NCBI GenBank assembly: GCA_951406725.2
Contig: OX597825.1
Location: 13,702,001 to 13,766,000, forward strand
Direction: 5' to 3'
From: Octopus vulgaris
Taxonomy: Eukaryota
Length of the DNA: 64,000 bases
Position numbers and translations under genes: made by a program. The notes under the pieces are model-generated. The model was not told the DNA's origin. It searched no databases and saw only the letters and a list, made by a program, of their open reading frames with translations. Below are positions 53,656-64,000 of the stretch, piece after piece (the first letter of the stretch is position 1; each line of letters opens with the position of its first letter).

Positions 53656-54429
53656 TGTGTGTGTGTGTGGTTTTGTGAATGTATACCATTCTATATGTAT
53701 CAATCATAATAAGCAGTAAAATTTGTATTTTGGGGTAATATGCAATTCCCATTAAATGCAATATGCATTTCTTCATGCAGTGATGAAATGGGCTGGTATC
53801 TTTCTGGATTGATTCACTTTTCCAGATGCATTCTTCACAGCCAAGTAAACCTTTGCATAACCGATTCCTCTCTGTCGGCTCCGTTAAATAAAACGGTTTT
53901 TTGGATCGCCGCAGTTATTTGGCATCGTTTGCATGGTGTAGTATTCTCTAAAGAATGTGTGTGTGCAAGTCTGCATGTGCGTATGTCTGGGTGTGCGTGA
54001 TTGTGTGTGTGTGTGGTTGTGTGTGTATATGTGTGTGCATGTGTGTGATTGTGTGTATCTGTGTGGGTGTGTTTGCGTGTGTGTGTTTCTGTGCATGTGT
54101 GTTTGAGTGCATGTGTGTGTGTGTGTGATTGTGTGTGCATGTGTGTGTTTGTACATGTTTGTATTTGTATGAGTGTGTCTATGTGTGTGTTTGTGGTTGT
54201 GCGTGTGCATGTGTGTGTGTGTGATTGTGTGTGCTTGTGCTTATTTGTGTATGAGTTTGTGTGTGCATGTATTTCTGTGTGTGCGTGTGTGTGTGCACAT
54301 GCGATTGTGTGTACTTGTTAGTATTTCTGTGAGTGTGTTTATGTATGTGTTTGTGTGTGTGTGTATTTCTATGTGTATGTGTATGTTTGTGTGCATGTGT
54401 TTGTGTGTCTATGTGTGTGTGTATATAAC

Positions 54430-54858
54430 TTTTACCTTCTTGTTTCAGTCACTGGACTGTGGTCATGCTGGAGTACTGCCTCGAACGGTTTTAATCGAAC
54501 AGACTGACTTCAGTTCTTATTTCTTTTTTCTAATGTTTGCAAAATTATTCTGTTGGTCTCTTTTGCTGAACTGCTAAGTTATGGTGGACGTAAACACACT
54601 GCCATCAGTTGTCAAGCGATGTTGGGAGGACAAACACAGACACACAAACACACACACACACACACACACATACATTTATATATATACATATATACGATGG
54701 ACTTCTCTCAGTTTCCGTCTACCAAATCCACTCACAAGGCTTTGGTCGGCCCAAGGCTATAGTAGAAGACACTTGCCCAAGGTGCCACGTAGTGGGGATG
54801 AACCCGGAACCATGTGGTTGGTATGCAAGCTACTTACCTCACAGCCACTCCTGCGCCT
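54430..54858 (-). mobile_element. SINE family A (composite)
   Basis: Head at 54700-54858 matches the family. Confidence 0.8.
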
Positions 54859-55273
54859 GAACATACAAATTTGAACTCAGACCATAAAAACAGATGAGAT
54901 ACTGCTAAGCATATCGCCTGGCGTGCTAAGATTTTTGCCAGCTCGCAGTCTTTAGCTCAAAAATTTATTAGACACACTTTATGTATATTAAGTAAGAGAA
55001 TTCCTGACTGCATTTGTTTTATGTAAAATGATTTGAGCAGATTAAAGTAACTTGCACCAAAGCACAATACAGTGCTGCTAATAACAAAAATCTAAAACAC
55101 TCATTCTTTTCATCTGCTGTAGTTTTGTCATTGAATTACAAATTGCTTATTAGTATCTAGTAATATTTATATTATAGATTTAGAGTTGAAAGTCACCTGT
55201 ATATTCTGTACTATTCACATTAGCAGAAAGAAGTCTGCTTGGAAGTTATTATTATAATGATGTGCAGTATATA

Positions 55274-55558
55274 CGAGGGTGAGTCAAAAACTAATTCCAT
55301 TTTGTTTAGGTATCATACATCAGAATGAAGCTGGTCCACTGTGGATCACATCCCTACTTCTCAACATAGTCACTGTTTCTCTCAATAGCAATCTTCCACC
55401 TTCGAATGAGAGCATGTATCCATGTCTCGTAAAATTTTGTTGACTGTTCTTTGAGCCACTTCTTCACTGCAGTTTTTACATCCTGGTCACTGGACTATCA
55501 TCTCTTCAGCCCCATGAAAGAGGGTTTGAGAGGCAAACATTATTCCCATGCCAGTGAC
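55274..55558 (-). pseudogene. Mariner transposon 3' remnant (TIR plus transposase C-terminus) with internal inversion
   Basis: TA-CGAGGGTGAGTCAAAA TIR; minus strand SDQDVKTAVKKWLKEQSTKFYETWIHALIRRWKIAIERNSDYVEK*; plus strand DYHLFSPMKEGLRGKHY. Confidence 0.85.
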
Positions 55559-55715
55559 ACCTGAAAAATACCTTTCGAGTGTTGTGCCTCTCAAAGGCAA
55601 TGACAAATGATTATCAGCATTTTGGGCAATATGCTGTGCTTGAGAAGAAGACCCATTGAGCCAAGCAAAATCCTAGTCGTGGCACATACTGGTGTAATGC
55701 AAGTGGCACGTATAT

Positions 55716-56284
55716 GCCAGTGGCACGTATGCCAGTGGCACGTATGCCAGTGGCACGTATGACAGTGGCATGTATGCCAGTGGCACGTATGCCAGTGGCA
55801 CGTATGCCAGTGGCACGTATGCCAGTGGCACGTATGCCAGTGGCACGTATGACAGTGGCATGTATGCCAGTGGCACGTATGCCAGTGGCACGTATGCCAG
55901 TGGCACGTATGCCAGTGGCACGTATGCCAGTGGCACGTATGACAGTGGCATGTATGCCAGTGGCACATATGCCAGTGGCACGTATGCCAGTGGCACGTAT
56001 GCCAGTGGCACGTATGACAGTGGCACGTATGCCAGTGGCACGTATGCCAGTGGCACGTATGCCAGTGGCACGTATGCCAGTGGCACGTATGCCAGTGGCA
56101 CGTATGACAGTGGCATGTATGCCAGTGGCACGTATGCCAGTGGCACGTATGCCAGTGGCACGTATGCCAGTGGCACGTATGCCAGTGGCACGTATGCCAG
56201 TGGCACGTATGACAGTGGCACGTATGCCAGTGGCACGTATGCCAGTGGCACGTATGCCAGTGGCACGTATGCCAGTGGCACATA
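55716..56284. repeat. 15-bp minisatellite (GCCAGTGGCACGTAT)x~38 inside a family C element
   Basis: Exact 15-bp period; array exits into CATAAAAGCGCCGATTACACTCTC and a family C tail. Confidence 0.97.
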
Positions 56285-57195
56285 AAAGCGCCGATTACAC
56301 TCTCAGAGTAATTGGTGTAATGAAAAACGTCCAGCTGTAGAAACCATGGCAAATCATTCTGGAGCCTGATGCAGTCTCTCAGCTTCCTAGTCTTGGTCAA
56401 ACTGTCCACCTCCTACCCAGCATGGACAATGGACATTAAATGATGATGATGTGTGTGTGTGTGCATATATTAATGTTTCTTGGCTTTCACATTGTGGGAT
56501 TGTTATTAGAGATGAGTGTGACCACCATACAAGCAGTGTATGATGGACACATTTTCAAACATCCATTGGAACAGGTCCAGTTATGGGGAATTACATTGCT
56601 TAGAAGCAGATAAGTGTTGGTTGCAGGAAAGGCATCCGGCTATAGAAAATCTATCTCAATGAATTCTGACCTTGGAGAAGGGACAGTAAATGATGTTAAT
56701 GCCGTCACCTGTCTAATAGTAAAAGACCGAGATGTTAAGGAAAGTATTTGCTATGGCTATGATTGTACATCGGATTTATTGAAGAATAGAATTTTGAGAA
56801 GAATCTAAATCATGTGAAAAAAAAAATGGATAAGAATTATATGGGAATAAAAAACAAAACCGTTATATTTTGATTTAGATTTAAATTTGAGAAAAAGCTG
56901 TTTTCTTTACCCATGTTTCGATGGATTTTCTTTGGTATGGTTTAGCAAAGCATTTTCATTTTAATGACAAGAAAAATTCTATGAATTATGTGACAATTGA
57001 CAGAGAGCCGAGATAACTTGTTTGAAAGAGAGGAGAGAGAGGGAGAGATTGAGGGGAGAGAGAGAGAGAGAGAGAGGTAGAGAAAGGCAGAGAGCATTGG
57101 ACTGAAGTTCTAAGAGTCCATGGTGAAATAACAGGTTTTGGAATGGCTATGAGGTTCTATTTTGGTCTTAAATATCTATCTATCTATCTATCTAA

Positions 57196-57246
<51 letters not shown>

Positions 57247-57529
57247 ACTACCTACCTATCTATCGGTCTGTCTATCTATCTATCTATCGGTCTGTCTCTC
57301 TCTCTCTCTCTCTACATATATATATATATATATATATTTGTATGTGTAACAAAATAGTTTAGAAAAAAAACATTCGTTTCATATCTAATGTGAACTAGAC
57401 ATCTTTTCATTTTTTTCTAAATGATAACCGATCTCTGCAAAAAATGTTTTAAACACAAGAACGCCAGTGATAGTTCAAGTATATATATATATATACATAC
57501 ATATATACACATATGTATATATATGTATA

Positions 57530-57614
<85 letters not shown>

Positions 57615-57721
57615 GTATACACACGTACACATATATAATAAAAGAAGAATGGAAGCCGTACTTACATTTCTATTCATTGTTGGATAATTGTGAATACATT
57701 TGAATCCTATTGGAACGGTGC

Positions 57722-58036
57722 ATTACCTAAAAAGAATAAAATTCCATCATTGCTGCATTCTGAACTAAGATAATGGATTACTTAACTCTTGTTTTTGCGT
57801 TATTCTATCTCACCAATTTGCAGCCCGTTTCACAGAGATATGCTTTGATCCTTTAGGGATCCCCTTTAATCAAAACTATATATTTTAATTACAAAGGATC
57901 CCTGAAGGATCGAGGCACATTAAAGTGAATCATGCTACAAAAATTGGTGAGATAGAAGAATGCAAAATGCAGTAAAGCAAACCATTATCTTAGCACAGAA
58001 TGTGCCAATGATGGACGTTTACTGTTGTTAGGTAAT
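57722..58036. mobile_element. Old fold-back MITE with ~140-bp imperfect inverted arms
   Basis: Paired blocks CCATCATTG/CAATGATGG, CTAAGATAATGG/CCATTATCTTAG, TTCTATCTCACCAATTT/AAATTGGTGAGATAGAA, GATCCTTTAGGGATCC/GGATCCCTGAAGGATC. Confidence 0.75.
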
Positions 58037-58150
58037 TTACCTTACCAAATGCATCTGGAATTAACTGTGTGCAACCACGAGAGAAACTGAGAGGAACAAG
58101 AAACTTGGCTTCAGAAAAATGGAAAATATCTGTTATTAACCTCTACTAAT

Positions 58151-58570
58151 AGGTGCAGGAGTGACTGTGTGGTAAGTAGCTTGCTTACAAACCACATGGC
58201 TCCGGGTTCAGTCCCACTGTGTGGCACTTTGGGCAAATGTCTTCTACTATAGCCTCGCGCCGACCAAAACCTTGTGAGTGGATTTGGTAGACGGAAACTG
58301 AAAGAAGCCCATCGTGTACATATATATATATATATATACATATGTATGTGTGTGTTTGTGTATCTGTGTTTGTCCCCCCCAACATCGCTTGACAACCAAT
58401 GTTGGTGTGTTTATGTCCTAGCCACATAGTGGTTCAGCAAGAGAGACCGATAGAATAAGCACTAGGCTTACAAATAATTGGTCCTGGGGTCGATTTGCTC
58501 GACTAAAGGTGGTGCTCCAGCATAGCCACAGACAAATGACTGAAACAAATAAAAGAATAAAAGAATAAGA
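58151..58570 (+). mobile_element. SINE family A, full length
   Basis: Head, centre and AATAAAAG tail. Confidence 0.9.
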
Positions 58571-58610
58571 ATATGGTATTGTGTTCTTTTTCTTCTAGCA
58601 GACTACACTA

Positions 58611-58641
<31 letters not shown>

Positions 58642-58699
58642 TCACACAAACACACACACTCTCACACACACACACACATACACACACTCACATATTTTA

Positions 58700-58900
58700 T
58701 TATTTTATTTGTTTCAGTCATTTGACTGGGGCCATGCTGGAGCACCGTCTTTAGCCGAACAAATCAACCCCAGGGTTTATTCTTTGTAAGACTAGTACTT
58801 ATCTTATCTTATCGGTCTCTTTTGACAAACCACTAAGTTACGGGGGCACAAACACACCAACATCAGTTGTCAAGCGATGGTGGGGGACAAACACAGACAT
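58700..58900 (-). mobile_element. SINE family A, 3' half
   Basis: Antisense to 58365-58560. Confidence 0.8.
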
Positions 58901-58961
58901 GGCATCAGCACTGGCGAGGTCTTGTGGCTTGGGTGTTTTTACATGGCACCAGCTCCAGGAC

Positions 58962-59218
58962 CAGCTCCACGAGGCTCCGGCAGGGGTTGGTGGCGATCAC
59001 TGCTGTACTCTTTCACCCCAACTTTCTCTCACTCTTTCTTCCTGTTTCTTGTCCCTGACTTCCTACGCAACCGCTGAGCCTGGATGCGCATTCATCCATC
59101 TGTCGCTGCTCTCGGTGTCGGGGGGGTTGACCTGGTTTCTCTTCTGTGGGTCTTACGAATAGCAAAGGACCACGTTTTGGACGACTCAGACCAGACTGCT
59201 CAACAGCAACAGCAACAG
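58962..59218 (+). mobile_element. SINE family F variant (shared body, different tail)
   Basis: AGCTCCACGAGGCTC...ACTTTCTCTCACTCTTTCTT shared with 61092-61170. Confidence 0.6.
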
Positions 59219-59510
59219 TAACCGGGACCAGCAAGACAATCATTATAAGGCACTACTTTGAAAACTCATTTTGCAACATGAACAAGTAGGGGTTAAACTG
59301 GCAATTGAGGTGAACTGAAAAACACAATTGAGAAGATCAGTAAAGCATCTTGTGCTCATATATATATTAATAGCTGGTATCTTCTTTTATTATCAAATTA
59401 AACGACTGATATTAAATTTCCTTGCTTTATATTGATAAGCAGCTGAGGTTATCAAACGTTACAATATAGAACCCGTAAAAAATATCAGTAGTAATATGTT
59501 CATTAAGTGT

Positions 59511-59557
<47 letters not shown>

Positions 59558-59602
59558 ACAGCAGCAACAGCAGCAGTAGTGGTGGCGGTGATGGTAGTAG
59601 TA

Positions 59603-59862
59603 GTAGGAGTGGCTGTGTGGCTAGTAGCTTGCTTACCAACCACATGGTTCCGGGTTCAGTCCCACTGCGTGGCAGTTTGGGCAAGTGTCTTCTACTATAG
59701 CCTTGGGCTGACCAAAAACCTTGTGAGTGAATTTGGTAGACGGAAACTGAAAGAAGCCCGTTGTATATATGTATATATGTGTATATATATATATATGTAC
59801 ATATATGTGTGTGTTTGTGTGTGTGTGTGTGTGTGTGTTTGTGTGTTTGTGTGTCTGTGTTT
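59603..59862 (+). mobile_element. SINE family A, 5' half, between (AGT)n and (GGT)n
   Basis: tRNA head match. Confidence 0.8.
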
Positions 59863-60567
59863 GTGGTGGTGGTGGTGGTGGTGTGGTGGTGATGGTGGTG
59901 GTGGTGGTGTGGTGGTGATGGTGGTGGTGGTGGTGTGGTGGTGATGGTGGTGGTGGTGGTGGTGATGGTGGTGGTGGTGGTGGTGGTGGTGGTAGTAGTA
60001 ATAGTAGTAGTAGTAGTAGTTGAGACCCCCCCCCCGAAATATGCTACAAGCTAAATATATTATTAAAAGTAAATATAATTAAAGGGGGGTATAAAAATAA
60101 AAAAAAAAAGAAAATTGATGAATGTTGTTAATAAATATTCATGACAATGACAAAAAAAAAAAAAACAATCAAAAACAACAAAAAAACACTGAACTGAAAT
60201 TAAAAAAAACAAGAAAAATTTAATCAGAATATCCAAAGAATTTTGAAGAGAATCTAAGTAGAGGAGAGTAATGCTGGGTTTTTGTTTTTAGTTTTTATTA
60301 TTAATATTGAAAAATTTGAATACCATTATCTGTATCGGTATTTGTACCCATTCACAGTTAGTGCAGAAAATTCCATGGCTACATTAAAAGAAGAGAGAAG
60401 TAAGCACATGTTGCATTGCATGTGAAGCCGCAGCACCTATCGTGTGATTTGTAATAGAATATCATTGTATAGTAATGGAATAATGGCGCTAAAGTCACGT
60501 TACATATAAATATTCGTTATCAAAGACTGTCTGTCTGTACATAATTCTACTGAAATATATACTGCAT

Positions 60568-60599
<32 letters not shown>

Positions 60600-60829
60600 T
60601 CTTTTACTTGTTTCAGTCGTTTGACTGCGGTTATGCTGGAGCACCTGTCTTCAGTCGAGTAAATCGACACCTTGACTTGTTCTTTGAAAGCATAGTACTT
60701 GTTCTATTGGTCTCTTTTTGCTGAACCGCTAAGTTACGGGGACATAAACACACCAGCATTGGTTGTCAAGTGATGTTGGGGGGGACAAACATATACACAC
60801 ACATACATACATATCTGTATATATATATA

Positions 60830-60881
<52 letters not shown>

Positions 60882-60951
60882 TATATATATATCATCATCA
60901 TCATCATCATCGGAAAACGGACACTAAACGATGATGATGATGATGATGATA

Positions 60952-60998
<47 letters not shown>

Positions 60999-61286
60999 GG
61001 AGGCGCGATGGCCCAGTGGTTAGGGCAGCGGACTCGCGGTTTCGATTCCCAGACCCGGCGTTGTGAGTGTTTATTGAGCGAAAACACCTAAAGCTCCACG
61101 AGGCTCTGGCAGGGGGTGGTGGTGATCCCTGCCATATTCATTCGCCACAACTTTCTCTCACTCTTTCTTCTGTTGGCCTGCCCTCTTAGCCAGCAGGGTA
61201 GCGTCATTTGAAGGCTAAAACAATGCAAAGCGCATTGTGACCAGTGATGCGTAGCAACATCTGATAGCCTGGTCAGTCACGGTGAT
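60999..61286 (+). mobile_element. tRNA-derived SINE family F within (TA)n
   Basis: A-box TGGCCCAGTGG, B-box TTCGATTCC; tail also present antisense at ~38825-38936. Confidence 0.75.
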
Positions 61287-61295
61287 ATATATATA

Positions 61296-61327
<32 letters not shown>

Positions 61328-61353
61328 TACATACGCTGTGTATAAGAACAATT

Positions 61354-61462
61354 TACGAGGGGTTTATGAAAGTGTTGAGCCTTCAAGTCTTGTATCTTGA
61401 TCAGAAATCTTGTACCCTGTTTTGTTTTTTTGAGGCTCAAGACTTTTCATACACCCCTCGTA
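61354..61462. mobile_element. Mariner-type MITE (109 bp including TA flanks)
   Basis: ~28-bp TIRs TACGAGGGGT(T/G)TATGAAA(A)GT(G/C)TTGAGCCT. Confidence 0.85.
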
Positions 61463-61656
61463 TATTCTAGATAAATTGTTGCAAACTATTTTTTTTTTTA
61501 ATTACTGACATCTCTGAATATATCAGTTACAATGTTAATTACATGAAGCCTATTACTTTTTAAAATGTTCTTCAAATTATTGTTATTATGAATTATTGAT
61601 AGAAGAAAAAAAGTGTTAAAGCAAAAATTATGAAATTTGTATGTCATGTTGTTAGT

Positions 61657-61920
61657 GGAGGTACATGGCTTAGTGGTTAGGGTGTCAGCATCATGATTGT
61701 AAGATTGTGGTTTCGATTCCTGGACCAGGTGACGCGTTGTATTCTTGAGCAAAACACTTCATTTCACGTTGCTCCAGTCCACTCAGCTGGCAAAAATGAG
61801 TAATGCTGCGATGGACTGGAGTCCTGTCCAGCTGGGGAACACTTATGCCATAGAAACCGGGAAACTGGACCCATGATCCTGGCTAGGCTTTAAAAAGGGC
61901 GCATTTATTTATTATTTTAT
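61657..61920 (+). mobile_element. SINE family D
   Basis: Highly similar to 23630-23890. Confidence 0.85.
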
Positions 61921-62124
61921 GTCATATTGGCGTTAGGAAGGGCATCCAGCCGTAGAAACACTGCCAGATCAGACTGGGCCTGGTGCAGCCTTCTGGCTTC
62001 CCAGACCCCAGTTGAACCGTCCAACCCATGCTAGCATGGAAAGCGGATGCTAAATGATGATGATGATGATGATGATGATTGTTATATAAAAATTCTGACT
62101 GGGACTGCGGAAGTTATGACAATG

Positions 62125-62415
62125 AGCATTTCAGTTGGTCTGATCAATGGAACAGCCTGCTTGAGAAATTCACTTGCAGGTGTCTGAGTATTCCACAGAC
62201 ACATGCGTACCCTTAATATAGTTCTGAGGGAGATTCAGCATGACACAGAATGTAATAAAGCTAGTCCTTTGAAACATTGGTACAACACAGTTTGGCCAGC
62301 TGAGTGGATGGAAGCAATGAGAAATGAAGTTCCTTGTTCAAGGATGCAACATACTCCTAGGAATCAGACTCGCAACCTTATGATCGTAAGCTGAACACTC
62401 TAACCACTAAGCCAA
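62125..62415 (-). mobile_element. Old tRNA-derived SINE family G
   Basis: Minus-strand TGGCTTAGTGGTTAGAG head, CTTGAACAAGGAACTT, CACTCAGCTGG. Confidence 0.65.
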
Positions 62416-62976
62416 CATTTGTATATACATACATACATACATTCATGTGGTGCCACGTAAAAGTGCCTGTGCAGCGTCATGTAAAAGTGCCCATGTGGCA
62501 CCACATAAAAACGTCTGTGTGGATGCACACTGTAAAGTGGTTGGCATTAGGAAGGGCATCCAGCTGTAGAAACCATGCCAAATCACTAGAATCTGGTGCA
62601 GCTCTCCTCAGCTTACCAGCCCTGGTCAAACCATCCACCCCATACCAGCATGGACAACGGACGTTAAAATGATGATGATGATGATGATGGTGGTTCTTTC
62701 GGCCATTATTCTTTTACTTATTTCAGTCGTTTGACTGCGGCCATGCTGGAGCACCGCCTTTAGTCGAACAAATCGGTCCCTTCATCCCCAGGACTTATTC
62801 TTGGTAAGCCTAGTACTTACATATTCTATTGGTCTCTTTTGCTGAACTGCTAGGTGACAGGAACGTAAACACACCAACATCGATTGTGAAATGATGGTGG
62901 GGCTGGGACAAACATAGACACAAATAACAAACACACACACACACACACATCCACACACATATGTATATATATATAT

Positions 62977-63008
<32 letters not shown>

Positions 63009-63321
63009 TGTATCTAATTTCTCCTCTATTAATTCAAGTCTCGCTCTATCATCCTTTTTCAACCTTCGCGCGTATTCGCGGTGCACCCACCCTGCCCACC
63101 CCCACCACCAATACCGGATATCTCTATATTTTTGCTCCATCTATACCGGATGTTGTTTCTCCCACCACCATTATAGGTGTCTACTCTTCGAATGCCCCTC
63201 CTCAATACGCTATTTTCACCATGCATTACCCTATCCTACGCTCTACTTGCCTAAGAACCTGTCATCATTCCTATGAACCACCCCTCCCCACTGGTGCTCC
63301 CCTATATTTCTGCCCCCCCCC

Positions 63322-63567
63322 ACATAATAAAAAGCACCATCCGAACGTGGCCGATGCCAGACCCCTCTGGCACCTGTGCAGGTGGCACGCAAAAACACCC
63401 ACTACACTCACGGAGTGGTTGGCGTTAGGAAGGGCATCCAGCTGTAGAAACACTGCCAGACTAGACTGGAGCCTGGGGCAGTCCCTAGCTCCCCAGACCC
63501 CGGTCGAAACCGTCCAACCCGTGCTAGCGCGGAAAACGGGACGTTAAACGATGATGATGATGATGAT
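63322..63567 (+). mobile_element. Family C copy
   Basis: AAAAAGCACCATCCG unit through the (GAT)n tail. Confidence 0.85.
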
Positions 63568-64000
63568 ATATATATATATATATATAAGACAGCTTCTTTC
63601 ACTTTCCATCTACCAAATCATACTTACAAAGCTTTGGTTGGCCCGAGGTCCAGTAGAAGTGTATTTCATGTGCCATGCAGTGGGACTGAACCCAGAAGCA
63701 TATGATTGGGAAGCAAGCTTCTTACCACACAGCCACACCTGCTCCTATGATGACGATGATGATGATGACGACAACGACGACGACGATGATGATGATGACG
63801 ATGATGATGATGATGATATTTATACTAAAATGCTTGAATTTGTCTTAGAAAGTCTATTGAGGTAAAAAAAGGAAATTTATGTAACTTGCAAGATTATTGT
63901 GAGAGATTCTCATGATTGCTGTCCTGAGATGTCTACAGGTGGGCAGCAATCAGCCATTAATAATTAGGTGTTGGCATCTTGCCGAAATTGTTACTGTGTG

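Noticed and set aside
55591-56409. His/Cys-rich (CHWHT)n ORF or CRISPR-like array
   Set aside because: A stop-free 15-bp unit opens several frames trivially; the repeats have no spacers and there are no cas genes.
62850-63547. 96-aa and 179-aa ORFs
   Set aside because: They run through SINE A, (TA)n and family C sequence; the unique part has no recognisable motif.

Overview
This is AT-rich, repeat-saturated eukaryotic DNA, intronic or intergenic. The SINE/RTE repertoire and dense (TA)n, (CA)n, (GAT)n and (AAT)n tracts suggest an octopod cephalopod (inference). No host gene can be supported, and nearly all listed ORFs are microsatellite or SINE translations. Real coding remnants are a 5'-truncated RTE LINE ORF (34855-35943, YADD plus a PHD finger inside the RT region), an RTE-BovB-type C-terminus (~39170-39633), a mariner transposase tail (55274-55558) and possibly a decayed Penelope GIY-YIG (~42640-43183). 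The window also holds dozens of tRNA-derived SINEs, non-autonomous Helitrons, and piggyBac and mariner MITEs. The most notable signal is a set of minimal type I hammerhead ribozyme motifs in short non-coding elements. The best case is a 518-bp TSD-flanked fold-back element (6517-7034, second copy 51086-51629) built from a tRNA-derived Pol III head, an (AAT)n tract and a hammerhead, arranged head-to-head. It looks like a Penelope-mobilised, ribozyme-bearing SINE or retrozyme. All calls were made by eye without database searches.
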